The position numbers were made by a program, and so were the translations under genes. Of a stretch of 64,000 nt of DNA, positions 13,830 to 29,701 are shown one piece after another. Numbering within the stretch: position 1 is the stretch's first letter; each line of letters opens with the position of its first letter. Source of the DNA: the human T2T-CHM13v2.0 reference genome, Homo sapiens; assembly GCF_009914755.1 (NCBI RefSeq), contig NC_060937.1, one strand, 5' to 3'. The notes beneath the pieces are model-generated. The model was not told the DNA's origin and made no database searches. It was given only the letters and a program-made list of their open reading frames with translations.

Positions 13830-15090
<1,261 letters not shown>

Positions 15091-16589
15091 GATATATACA
15101 CATCTACATGTTAAAGAATGTTACTAAAATCAGTGCATATACACACCTAAGTTATGCAAGAATACATGTGTATTTAAATATATGTTAAAAATATCAGAAT
15201 AAAGGCAAAACTGCATACGTTCCTCAAAAGAAATTTCTTCTTTTGAAAGAAATTATACATTCTATCACAATTTAGAAATTACAGAATTTCACACTGTCAT
15301 GAGTTAACAATTTAAAGACCTTGAAGTATATTTTAAACCAGTTCCAGAAAAGAAACTCCTTTTTGGCTGAATACCACTATATAATTTGATAAGGTTAAAA
15401 AAGGCTAGTCATACTTTATTTAAAAATAAATTAGGCCAGTCTGAATTTATTAATGATAGATGGTCTGTCAGTAATATTTTTAGTCCAAAATCCATTTTGT
15501 TGCTTAGGAAACCTGGTTAACTTAGGAAAGTAGTTAAATAAGTAATAAAGTTTATGTAATCATGGACTAGAAAATGAGAAATGGAAAAAAAAAAGGATCT
15601 ATCGGCAAGTAATACACAATGGATTATAGCAATGTAGATAAGCAAGAAAACAACTTTATATTAAAAATAGGAACTAGAAGATACATTGAAAAAATTATCA
15701 GAGCAGAAAAGAAATTTCTAATCAGCATGTAATTTAGTCTTTTACTGCTTTCATGAAACTCACATATTTTGATAACATTGCTAATTGATAAGCATAAAAT
15801 AGAGGACAGAAACTTCTATATGGTATTTCATCTCATTCTTATACAGGAAATGTGAGATTATAGGATTTTTATGCACATTACATTCAAATTTTCTCCTGAA
15901 AGAGCTAATAAAAATGTTATAGGTTGTAGAAATTAATTTATGGATGGTTCTGAAGGCAGAAAAGCTCTAAATTAACCTTGCTTGAAGGAGAACTTGATGT
16001 TCTTATTCGTTAAGACTTCCAGCTGTGTTCAAGTAGAGTATGGTAGATACTCTTCTACTTTGAGATGAGGACAAACAGTGCAAGCCTCCTTTTCAAAGTT
16101 ATTTATTCATTACTCTATTTCTCAAAGCAAAGGAACTCAGTAATTGCTAACCAATGATACTCAGAAATTTTGATCAGTAGGCTACATTTATAGCATGTTC
16201 CTTGTAAATCTGTAACAGTTTAGTATATATGAAATCAGCATAGCAGTCAAAGATGTAATGCATGGAAGCTTTTTATTTTATTTTTGTAATTTAATTTTTT
16301 TTCTTGGTGGATCAGGCTAACAATCTATTCTACCAAGGAATGTGTTTGTCAAAAGGATGTCACCATCAAAATATAGTGTTTTATATAATAAAAATTGAAA
16401 TGGATTTCCAAATTTGGGTTTCTATCATGTAGCATAATGAAACGCAGGCTTCAGTTTAAAGTATTTCCTCTGTTTGTGGTAAGAAAAAATAAAAGAAAAT
16501 ATTCTAGACTTTGGTTAAGAAAGCGGTGGAAATTTGCAAAAGGTTTACTCTTTCTCCATGGAAAAACTTTATCTTATTCCCCAATTCTT

Positions 16590-17800
<1,211 letters not shown>

Positions 17801-17831
17801 AAAGGTTAAGTAAGAATAATAGCAAACCTTG

Positions 17832-17935
17832 GGTTTATATATTTATATAAATTTTATTTATATTTTATATAAATTTATATAATATATTAATATATATTAT
17901 ATAAATATATATCTTTCATATATATATGAAATATG
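17832..17935. repeat. AT-rich (TA)n-like low complexity
   Basis: Almost exclusively A/T. Confidence 0.8.
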
Positions 17936-18242
17936 TGTTTAATGTTTTAACAACAGCAGTTTCTGTGGAACATTTCAGCAAAGGTTGGTAAATAAAAGTG
18001 ATACAGATATACAGAGCTCTTATACTGCTCAAGAGAAACAGAGAAACAACTTAGTAGTTGTAGTATTTGGAGATAAAGGAAGTGTTTTTAGTTCATTTTT
18101 CTGCATTCTAGGTTAATATATGATGATGGTAATATGATACTGATGATTATAATGATGGTGATAGTGATGGTAAAGCAATTACTGTTATTACATAATTGAT
18201 CACATATTGAGATTGCAGTTTTTAAGTTAAAAAAAACACTGC

Positions 18243-19305
18243 ATATAAATATTTTCACCCATTCTGTAGGTTGTCCATTCATTCTGTTGCTTATTTTTTT
18301 GCTGTGCAGAAACTTTTTAGTTTAAGTCTCATTTGTCTATTTTTGGTTCTGTTGCATTGCTTTCAAAGTCTCTGTCATAAATTCTTTGCCTAGGTCAATA
18401 TTTGGAAGAGTTTTTCCTACAAAGTACTAATATGCAGACTCTGCAAAGAACTCAACAAGAAAAAAAAATCTATTAAAAACTGGGCAAAGAACATGAACAT
18501 TTTTCAAAAGAAGAAATACGATGGCCAACAAACACATGAAAAAATGCTTAAAATCCCTAATCATAAGCGAAATGCAAATTAAAACCACACTGAGCTATGA
18601 TCTTACACCAGTTAGAATGGCTTTTATTAAAAAGTCAAAAAACAAATGTTGGTGTGGATGCAGAGAAACGGGAATGCTCATACACTGTTCATGAGAGTGT
18701 AAATTAGTTCAGCCTCTAGGGAAAACAGTATGGAGATATCTCAAAGATATCTCTACTAATAGAGCTACCATTAGACCCAGCAAACACAATACTGGGTATG
18801 TAGTAGAATAAGGGAAATAAGTCATTTCATTAAAAAGACATCTGCACTTGTATGTTTATTACAGCACTATTTAAAATAGCAAAGTCATGGAACCAACCTA
18901 AGTGTCCACCAGCAGTTGATCAGATACCCCAAGGAAACTATGAAGCCATAAAAAAAGAACAAAAAGATATCCTTTGCAGCAACACAGATGTATTTGGAGG
19001 CCATTATCCTAAGCGAACTAACACGGCAGCAGAAAATAATTACCGTGTGTTATCACTTCTAAGTCAGAGCTAAACAGATGATACACATGGACATAAATAT
19101 GGAGAAAACAGACTCTAGGGACTCAAAAGAGGGGAAGTAGCAAAGATGTATGAGTTAAACACTAACCTTCTGGGTACAGAGTCCAATATTTGGTTCCTGA
19201 GTACACTAGTAGCCACAACCCCACTATTAAACATGTAATACACTGGTAACAAACAAGAACATGTATCCTTTGAATAAAATAAAAATTAAATTGAAAAAAT
19301 AAAAA
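18243..19305 (+). mobile_element. L1PB (PB3/PB4-like) with 5' inversion
   Basis: 18243-18419 is antisense ORF2; 18420-19305 is the sense continuation through the 3'UTR and A tail. Confidence 0.88.
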
Positions 19306-20230
19306 CTATAAATACAAAAGAATGTTAAATACATGTAAAATTTTAGCAAAACATATGGATATAATTTCTGAATTAAAAAAACTCAATTGAAAACATTTGG
19401 TTTTTGTTATATTTAAAATTAATAAAAGTACATATAATATACATCACACCCTCATCTTCTCCATCTTGAGAGAATCCTGTTTTCCTTTTCCTCCACTACT
19501 TACCAGAAATTGTTCAAAAATTAAGGGAAATTGTATTTTAAAATATTGTAGGGCGATTTAGAAAATATAGCTTTTATATAGTTATCTGGCATCATTTTAT
19601 AATTTAATTGCAAATCCCCATAGTTCAGTAATATTTAACATTTGAAATGTCAATGTCATTGGAGTTAAAAATATGTTCCATCTATGGAAGACTATTAAGT
19701 GAAAATGTGGTCCATAGGAAATCACCAGTGCTGATAGGTAATTTCACCATAATTATAATTGTTTTTCTTATTTATCTAATATGATGTTTACTTGAAAAAA
19801 ATAGTTGGCAGAATGTGTATCTTCTATAAAGCAGAGAACTGAATCTTTTGTTTCAAGGAACAATTTGTCTAAATGCGACACCATCTGTTCACACTGAATG
19901 AAATATATTCTGGCAAATCAGGGCAACCTTTGAATCATTACATTGTGCATTAACATAGCAGTAGGTTCAAGTTCAAGATCCAAAAACAGTGATGTGTGTG
20001 CAATTTCATTATTACTCTGAGACATGAGTCTACACTGAATCCGTCTCTGCCTTTTTGTGAAGTCTCATTGTTACTATCTGTGAGTCTTGTTAAACATTAA
20101 ATAGCAAGACTGAATTAGCATCATGGTCACATATTGAAACTTTCTTCACACGTTTGGCTATTATTTATTGTAGAGCTTTCTCTTTTTTTGGTTGGTTTTT
20201 TGTTTTGTTTTTCTAGTCTACCTATGAGTA

Positions 20231-20748
20231 TGCTAAGGAATATAAAATAGAACTATAAATACTTAAAGTAGGATATTGACCAAGGAAGCCTTAACGTTTT
20301 CTCCAGCTTCCTGAATATAGACTTCTGATATCCATTTTCTCAGAGCATTTAATTTTGAAAACTTTCAACTGTAAATTCTTTCTCTGCCACTTTGAGATGT
20401 AAATCGTCTGCCAACCTCTTACTGGTTTTACAATGAAGAATATCTTTCTTATGAACCAAGAAGCCATTCTTTTGAAATGTAATCAAGTAAGAAAATGCCC
20501 ATAATTCTCAGTTCTTGTGAGAGCTTAGGAACCTAACTTACAGTAGCACCAATGAGGGAACACAGATGACCTACTGAGTTTAACTAAACTCCATGCATAA
20601 CCCTTCACTCTAGCCCTTCAAAATTCTCCCTCCTTTTGTTTTTCTGGCATTGAGTTCAATCTCTCTCCCCCACAAGTAGTCTAGACCCCTACTGTGATGT
20701 CTTGAATAAAGTCTTCCTTAATGCTACATAGTGAACTTTTCTGAAAAA
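20231..20748 (+). mobile_element. ERV1 solo LTR, MER31/MER67-like
   Basis: tgtaaattctttctctgccactttgagatgtaaatc; gagttcaatctctctcccc; gtcttgaataaagtcttcctt. Confidence 0.7.
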
Positions 20749-21424
20749 ATCAATAATCCATATCATCTATGACATTATTGTTAGGAAACCCACTATTTCA
20801 GTCAATACACATTCCTTCTACATCCCAAAATACCTAAAGTGGTACTTTGTCAAATTTATCTTATTAGGGGATTGGGGGGTATAAGGTAAAGAAAACTTAT
20901 ACTATTCTTAAGGGCAGGTAGTATACTTGTAGTGTATTTATGTTTAACTTTTATGAAAAATGTTTTCTAGCTATAAATATATCTGGGATGTTAATATTTA
21001 ATGCATAAAATATGAATAAATGAAGCACTAAATAAGTGATAAATTACAGAAGATTATTTAATTCAATGCAGTTATGCACCATAGCTATAGGACTTAGCTA
21101 TACTTTTTAACTAACTACACGTAACACTTTGTGACACTCTTTACTCTTTTTTACTAGCACTCTCCCTACCTTTCAAACTCTCACCTATAAGTTCTTACGG
21201 CAATGTTGACACTACCAGACTTCAAGGGTCTTGAAGGCCATAATTATAATTATGTTTCTGTAACTCCTTTGGTAAGCAGATATTTAATAGATAAATTGTT
21301 ATTATATTGTACAATTAGTTCCTGATACAAATGTATTTATCTTCTTTGCCTGTATCGCATTTTTATAGTAAACTATGGTTTATGTTACCTAGTACTGAAT
21401 CACACAGATTATCAACAAAAATTA

Positions 21425-21732
21425 AATATATATTATATATTATATATGTTGTAAAATATATATTATATGTTGTAAAATATATAGTATATGTTGTAAAATA
21501 TATAGTATATGTTGTAAAATATGTATGTTGTAAAATATGTTGTAATATATATGTTGTTATATATAGCATGTTATAAAATATATATGTTGTAACATATATT
21601 ATAAATATATATTATATATTATAAAAATATATACTATGTTATAAAATATACATTATACATTATAAAATATATATTATACCTTTATGAAATATATATTATG
21701 AAATAGATATATTTATGCTATATATATATATC
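21425..21732. repeat. AT-rich minisatellite, 21-bp unit tatatgttgtaaaatatata(t/g), decaying into (TA)n
   Basis: Three near-perfect units then shortened variants. Confidence 0.85.
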
Positions 21733-21817
21733 AAGGGATAGAAGTTATTCTTTGGAATTCTAAAGTAGCAAGTCACATATTAAAAAAATACCTCAAGACT
21801 ATATTCAATAAGAAGTA

Positions 21818-22052
21818 CAATAGCTAATCTTAATGTAGTGTGTGATACCTGCCAGACATTCTTATAAGTGCTGTATATTAACTTATTTAAACTCCACAAC
21901 AAACCTACAAAATGTTTCTATAATATAGAGGAATGAACTAAAGCCTGAGTCTTGAAATAATTTCTCCAATTTCATATAGTTCGAAAGCGAAAGAGCCAGG
22001 ACTTGAATTAAGATTCTCTCATTTAAAGTCACTAATTTTGGATTATAGTATT
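21818..22052 (-). mobile_element. MIR
   Basis: Reverse MIR: atagctaatctt...tgccagacatt...gagccaggacttgaa. Confidence 0.7.
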
Positions 22053-22081
22053 GAACATTTAAGTATTTAAAACTACTTCTC

Positions 22082-22457
<376 letters not shown>

Positions 22458-22471
22458 CTATCCTTAGGTAG

Positions 22472-22847
22472 TGATATGGTTAGACTTTGTGTCCCCACAG
22501 GAATCTCATCTTGAATTGTAATCCTCATAATCCCTATAATCTCCATATGTCAAGGGAGACCAGGTGGAGATAATTGAATCATGGGGATGGTTCCCCTCAT
22601 GGTGTTATTGTGAGTGAGTTCTCATAAGATCTGATGGTTTTATAAGGGGCTCTTCCCGCTTTGCTCAGCACTTCTTCCTGCTGCCTTGTGAAGAATGTCC
22701 TTGCTTACCCTTTGCCTTCTGCCATGATTGGCAGTTTCCTGAGCCTTCCCCAGCCATGCTGAACTGTGATTGAATTAAACCTCTTTTCTTTATAGGTTAC
22801 TCAGTCTCGGGCAGTTCTTTATAGCAATATGAACACAGACTAATACA
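22472..22847 (+). mobile_element. THE1D-like MaLR solo LTR
   Basis: tgatatggtt...gactaataca; perfect 5-bp TSD ggtag (22467-22471, 22848-22852). Confidence 0.92.
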
Positions 22848-24499
22848 GGTAGGAAAGCAGTAAAGGATGCTAGCTCAACAAATACAGTACAAAATGATGA
22901 CCCTGCAAGGGTCATTCAAAATATCCCCCTATTAAGAAAAATCACAGCTACTCATCACAAATGCACAGTGAACAACTCGTCCAAAGGTCACTGACCACCC
23001 TAATGTTGTTGGAGTGAGTATGGGAGATAGAGGACCAAGAATGAACAAACAACTCAGAAGCCATTTTGCTTTTGTGGTTCAAAAATATTCAATTGGCTGA
23101 ATTGGGAAAACACATCACAATCCCAGCTACAAAACTGACCTCTCTCATACCTTGACAGTAACACAAAAAGATATGCCAACAGGTGTTTCTTACAAGAAGG
23201 CCTGCAAATAAGAGCTTTTGCCTCCAAACAGCAGCTTCACCAAAAGCAAGAAAGCGAGGGAGATCAAAAACAAAAACATAAAAAACCCTGCACATAAATG
23301 AAGTTTTCCTGCTGGAAAACATCAGACTCCTGATCGCTGGACTGTTAAAGAAATTTACATCAAATTATAACCAAGCTTAAGATCTAAAAGGATGATTCTA
23401 ACAGCGGCCTGACTGATGATGAAACGCATATCGAAACTTCCTTATGGGCAAAATGCAGGTCTACGGTCAAGTTGAAAAAATAGAAAGTAAAAACAATCAC
23501 ATTAGAAACAATATAAAGTAAAAACAATGATACATGGGATGAAAATTCCAAGTGAAATGATAGACTGAATGTCAGATATTTTAGAACTTATGCATATTCT
23601 TAAATTTTGAATGCAGCAATCATAACTTTCACAAAATTATTCTGAAATCTATACTTCAGTATGCTAAGAAACATATGCTTTCAGTGTATTTCTATGTGCT
23701 TTCCTTTAAGAATAATTTTCAACAGATAAGAATATTAAGTAGTGAGCCTACTCCCTGTGTATTTTGTACTTACGTTCACCTAAAAACTGGCATGTTTACC
23801 TATTTTATAAAAAGCTTATTAAAATGTCACATTAATAACACTTGTGTGGTAGTATCTGCGTTGAGCAGCTATTGTAAATAAATATCCTACTTAGGTTACA
23901 TCAACAGAATTTTCATGGCAAGACTGCTAGAGAGCCACAAGGGTAAAATCACTTATTTCATCCTCACTTTTCCTGGGGAATATCATAATAATAACCTGAG
24001 TTGCATTTTTTTAGATTTATAAGTATCTCAGTGCTCTCTGAAAATGACACTGTGATCATTTTTACTACCACATTGTTTAAAGCAAGTTTTCTAAGTTTCC
24101 ACTTGTCTACAATACTGGTTTATCTTATAATGGTTGTAGTAATTTAATGTAAAAATTTATCATTTACTTGTTATATTTTAATGCATTTAATATTGACGAA
24201 AGAGATTAAAGAATGGTTATAATACTGATTTTTGAAATACTTTGCACAAAGGAATTCAAAAGCAATTCCAAAAATATAGACAATAAATTATGTAGTGCTA
24301 GTCTCATGCAGAGATAAATGCAGTGTAAAGTCAAAATATGACTACTTTAAAGATCAACATTATTTTGGTAGTATAAATTCTCTAGTGGTAGTGAAAACTT
24401 TTCATGACTTCAAAGTTCTTTTTATTTTCAATGGAAACTCTTTAATCAATTATAACAAGAGAAAACATTATAAAAATTACAGTTAATACAAAAGTTAAC

Positions 24500-25220
24500 A
24501 TAACTGTATAACTAACATTGAAATTTAGAAATAGAACATCACTAGTAACCTGTAATTGCTTCTTGTGCTCTACTCCAATCATCAAACCCCTATTTTGAAC
24601 TCAAAACACTTTAAATTTTGCCTTTGCTTCAACTTAATGTAAATTGAGCTGTAATGTATGTAATATTTATATCTGGCTGACTTTGCTCAAAGTTAGTTTT
24701 GAGAAATTCTTCAAAGTAATTGTCTAGTTTTTATTCACTTATGCCTATTGCTTGATTGTATGCATTATATACTCTACCAGTTCTAGAGTAAATAAGCATA
24801 GTGTGTTGTTTCAAATTTTTGAATATTGTGAATAGAACTATTTTGAACATCTTGTATGCACCATTTATTGAATACATGTGTTAGATGTATAGCACAGGGT
24901 GAGTTTCCGGATCAAAATGAATCTACTTTATAAGATACTGCCAAATAATTTTTAATGTGAATGTGCCAATTTATGTCAGTTGCTCCAAATGCATAACAGT
25001 ACTTGTTATTTTCTGTTTTTTTTTCTTTATGCTCATTATGGTGGGTGTGCAGTGATAGCATCTTGTGGTTTCAATTTGCTTTTTTTTTAGTGAGAATGCA
25101 ATTGACAGGTTTTCATATGTTTATTGACCATTTTAAAACCGTGTTTTATGAAGTTCATATTAAAACTTTTGGTCTATTTCCTGGTTAGCTTGACTGCTTC
25201 TTTCTAATTGATTCCTTTTC
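24500..25220 (-). mobile_element. Old L1M 3' fragments
   Basis: ataagatactgccaaataattttt; tggtttcaatttgc; tttcatatgtttattgaccattt. Confidence 0.6.
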
Positions 25221-25441
25221 AAAGATGTCAGTGTTCTGTGCTATTTTCAAGTCCTTGTCAGCTAATTTCAAAGCAATCACTGCAGATCTGAGTTCACAGT
25301 GCTTTTCTCTTTATTTTGGTCATAATAGTTTGGATGTGCTTAATAATTTTGTTCTAATGATAAATAGTGTGTTTTTTAAAGTCTCCAAATGATGTTACAT
25401 TCCTGAGAGATGATATATCCTTCCCTCTGCTGGGTAAGGAG

Positions 25442-25754
25442 TGTATTATTCCATTCTCACATAACTAATAAATACCCTAGACTGGGTAATTTATAAAGGA
25501 AAGAGATTTAATAGACTCACAGTTCTACATGGCTGAGGAGGCCTCACAATCACGGCGGCAGGCAAAAGAGCTTGTGTAGGGGAACTCCCATTTATAAAAC
25601 CATCAGATCTCGTGAGACTTATTCACTACCACGAGAGCATTACAGGAGAAACCACCTCCATGATTCAATTATGTTCACCTGACCCTGCCTTTGACAGGTG
25701 AAGATTATGACAATCAAGGTGAGCTTTTGGTCAGGACACAGCCAAACCATATCA
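25442..25754 (-). mobile_element. THE1 (B/C-like) solo LTR, internally shortened
   Basis: tgtatta...gacacagccaaaccatatca; gactgggtaatttataa; ccatcagatctcgtgagacttattcact. Confidence 0.9.
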
Positions 25755-26379
25755 GGAAAATGAAAGTTAATCACCTTAATCTAAATAGGGACTGTGCTCA
25801 GTCAATGCAGATTGAAGACCCAGGAAATTGTCTACATTTGATTTCTACTTTCATCACCTATTTTTTAAACACTGGGTATAGTGTCTAGGCAGAGCTCCTC
25901 CCCAGTCAGTCCCTAATTCTAAAATATCTCTGTTTTAGAGTTCTCTCAGTATTTTCACAAAATTGAGAGAATCCTGCGTAATTTTATATTGCTGACCTGT
26001 AAAATTTCAGAATGGCGTATAGCCGGCATGCTGGTTCTCAAGTTCCCACCAAAACTTGCTCTTCATTGCCGCTAGTTCTGTAATACAAAAGCCCAGTTCT
26101 GAAACATGTATTCTTGCTCAAAGTTAACACATCCTCCAGAAGAAAAGTGAATGCAGATAGATGTCAGCTCTCCTCTCTGAAGTTCTTTCATCTCTGGAAT
26201 TTCAGCTCCTTCAGCTCTCATTGCCACTGCAGATCTCTGATACCTTCAAAGAGATAATTTCTCTATTTGATTAATGTTCTAGTTTTCTTTGGTTGTAATG
26301 CTGACGTAATGCAAACGACTCTATTTTACAGAGAAGAAGAAACTCTTAACCACAATGCAATTTTTAGAGTTGCATTTTA

Positions 26380-26767
26380 TGTATATAGTGTATACATATA
26401 CATACACACCATGGAATGCTACTCAGCCATAAAAAGGAATAAAATGATGGTATTTGCAGAAAACTGAATGAAATTAGAGAGCATTATTCTAAGTGAAGTA
26501 ACTCAGGAATGGAAACTAAAATGTAAGTGAGAAATAGTATGTTCTCACTTACAAGTGGTAGCTAAGTTATGACGATGCAAAGGCATAAGAATGATACAAT
26601 GAAATTTGGAGACTTGTAGGGAACGGTGAGGGGATAAAAGACTACAGATTTGGTGCAGCATACACTGCTCAGGTGATGGGTGCACCAAAATCTCAGAAAT
26701 CACCACTAAAAACTTATTCATGTAACAAAACACCACCCATTTCCCAAAAACGCATTGAAATAAAAAA
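26380..26767 (+). mobile_element. L1PB1-like 3' end
   Basis: gtaactcaggaatggaaa; gatgggtgcaccaaaatctcagaaatcaccactaaa; its A tail is the SVA target. Confidence 0.85.
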
Positions 26768-26771
26768 GAGT

Positions 26772-28251
26772 ACCTCTACCTCTACCTCTACCTCTACCTC
26801 CACCTCCACCTCCACCTCCACCTCTACCTCTCCCTCTCCACGGTCTCCCTCTCCCTCTCCCTCTCCACGGTCTCCCTCTCCCTCTCCCTCTCCACGGTCT
26901 CCCTCTCCCTCTCCCTCTCCCTCTCCCTCTCCCTCTCTCTCCACGGTCTCCCTCTGATGCCGAGCCGAGGCTGGACTGTGCTGCCGCCACCTCGGCTCAC
27001 TGCAACCTCCCTACTTGATTCTCCTGCCTCAGCCTGCCGAGTGCCTGGGATTGCAGGCGCGCGCCGCCACGCCTGACTGGTTTTTGTATTTTTTGGTGGA
27101 GACGGGGTTTCGCCGTGTTGGCCGGACTGGTCTCTGGCTCCTGACCGCCAGTGATCTGCCCGCCTTGGTCTCCTGAGGTGCCGGGATTGCAGACAGAGTC
27201 TCGCTCACTCAGTGCTCAATGTCGCCCAGGCTGGAGTGCAGTGGCGTGATCTCCGCTCGCTACAACCTCCACCTCCCAGCCGCCTGCCTTGGCCTCCCAA
27301 AGTGCCAAGATTGCAGCCTCTGCCCGGCCGCCACCCCGTCTGGGAAGTGAGGAGCGTCTCTGCCTGGCCGCCCATCGTCAGGGATGTGAGGAGCCCCTCT
27401 GCCCGGCCGCCCAGTCTGGGAAGTGAGGAGCGCCTCTTCCCGGCCGCCCCGTCTGGCATGTGAGGAGCGCCTCTGCCCAGCCGCGACCCCGTCTGGGAAC
27501 TGAGGAGTGTCTCTGCCCAACCGCCACCCCGTCTAGGAGGTGAGGAAGGTCTCTGCCCGGCCGCCCCGTCTGAGAAGTGAGGAGCCCCTCTGCCCGGGAG
27601 TCGCCCCATCTGGGAAGTGAGGAGCATCTCCGCCCGGCCAGCCGCCGCGTCCGGGAGGGAGGTGGGGGGCAGCCCCTGCCCGGCCGCCCCATCTGGGAAG
27701 TGAGGAGCCCCTCTGCCCCGCCGCCACCCCGTCTGGGAGGTGTACCCAACAGCTGATTGAGAACGGGCCATGATGATGATGGCGGTTTTGTCGAATAGAA
27801 AAGGTGGGAAATGTGGGGAAAAGAAAGAGAAATCAGATTGTTACCGGTGTCTGTGTAGAAAGAAGTAGACATAGGAGACTCCATTTTGTTCTGTACTAAG
27901 AAAAATTCTTCTGCCTTGGGATGCTGTTAATCTATAACCTTACCCCCAACTCCGTGCTCTCTGAAACATGTGCTGTGTCCACTCAGGGTTAAATGGATTA
28001 AGGGCGGTGCAAGATGTGCTTTGTTAAGCAGATGCTTGAAGGCAGCATGCTCCTTAAGAGTCATCACCACTCCCTAATCTCAAGTACCCAGGGACACAAA
28101 CACAGTGGAAGGCCTCAGGGTCCTCTGCCTAGGAAAACCAGAGACCCTTGTTCACATGTTTATCTGCTGACCTCCCTTTCACTATTGTCCTATGACCCTG
28201 CCAAATCCCCCTCTCCGAGAAACACCCAAGAATGATCAATAAATACTAAAA

Positions 28252-28272
<21 letters not shown>
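26772..28272 (+). mobile_element. Full-length SVA (older SVA_B/C-like)
   Basis: Hexamer head, antisense Alu-like domain, GC-rich VNTR (~27320-27740), SINE-R, AATAAA and (aaat)n tail; 14-bp TSD aaataaa(a/t)aagagt (26758-26771, 28273-28286). Confidence 0.97.
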
Positions 28273-28282
<10 letters not shown>

Positions 28283-29701
28283 GAGTGTATTTATATATGT
28301 GTGTCTATTTATGTGTTAATATCAAAAGATAGAGAATAAAAGTGTCTTTAATTAACATTACATTTAAACCTAAAATTTGGAGTTTGAAACCTTAAAGAGG
28401 AGAAACGTGAACATATGTGTAGCACAGAGGCTCTAGATAGAGTTCCTCCATGTGCAAATTTTAAATAGCCTGTAATCTACATTTAATATATATCTATTAT
28501 GTGGCATGCACTTATATATATTCTACTTGACATTTCCAATAGGAAAATAGATATTCTATTCTATTCTACTCTTTCATAATCTCATCAGACAATTGCTATT
28601 TCTGGGAACAGATCTAAATTGGAAGAAAAAAAGAGGAAGAAAATTAGTTGGTTTATCTTAGCTAAGGGAGATAGAGGAAGTAATGAAGTAGAAACAAAGT
28701 TCAAATCCTGAATGCAGACTGAAAATAGAAATGTGCATATGTAGAAGTAGAAGAGAGAAGGAAAAGCAAATAAACCTGTGGAATAAGAAAATAGATTTAG
28801 CTAAATGAAAAAAAAAAGGAAAGAAAAAAACCAGCCTTGTTCAATTAATTGAGTCTTTTGAATTTTTAAATAATAGTTATGAAGTTATAAGCATTGATTT
28901 TCATGTTGACTTGAACCTGACGATGAACAAGTATATTGTGATTTTTTTCACTCTACAATTTTAAAGTTTAATTTAACCTTTGCTAATAGTTTATTGCCTT
29001 TTTAGTTTTACTAATAGAATTCTCTGACTTTCCTAGTCTTATTTTTCAAAAATTATAGCATTCTCAGATTTTGTGTGCTACTCATCTCTTCTGTTGATTA
29101 TTAATAAATATATTATTGAATACTGCCTATAAATTATTTTCCACTGCAGGGCAAGTAAAACAAAACAAGTATGCCCTACTTTATCTTATAAATTGCAGTC
29201 TATACAATCTTACAATGTTGTGACTTCCCACAATGTCAACAATTAATTTTGTTAGTTTCCCTGGATGAGTAGTACACATGTATTTATAGCAAGCTTTAGG
29301 CTATAAGAGTTAGAAACAAAATGGCTTGTTCTTCCTAATCAAATTCTGTTAAGCAAATGTTAAAGCATATTAACGTATCTTTACAATCCATCAAATATTT
29401 CCTTTTTCTTGTTAGAATACACATCAGGGAGTAAACTTAGCCTAATATGTATTTGAAAGAAGGTCTATTCAGCATTGACTGTTTTAGTTCATCTAACTTA
29501 CATATTAAAATGTTTAATGTATATCTCTACAGATGTAATGTACTTAAATTGAAGTTAGAACATTTTATATTATGAAATTACACATTTGAAACATAAACAA
29601 AGGATGCTTGTTTTTAGTAATCTTACTAATATTTTTAAAACCCTGATATAAAATCAATTATTTACCATTATTGTGCATTATTTGGTGTTGATAATAGAAC
29701 A

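Noticed and set aside
23390-23570. C/D box snoRNA from TGATGA and CTGA motifs
   Set aside because: Boxes lack correct order and spacing and there is no terminal stem
26673-27884. Several long ORFs (STSTS/SPSP, EGEG, 188 aa and 168 aa)
   Set aside because: Produced by SVA hexamer and GC-rich VNTR repeats
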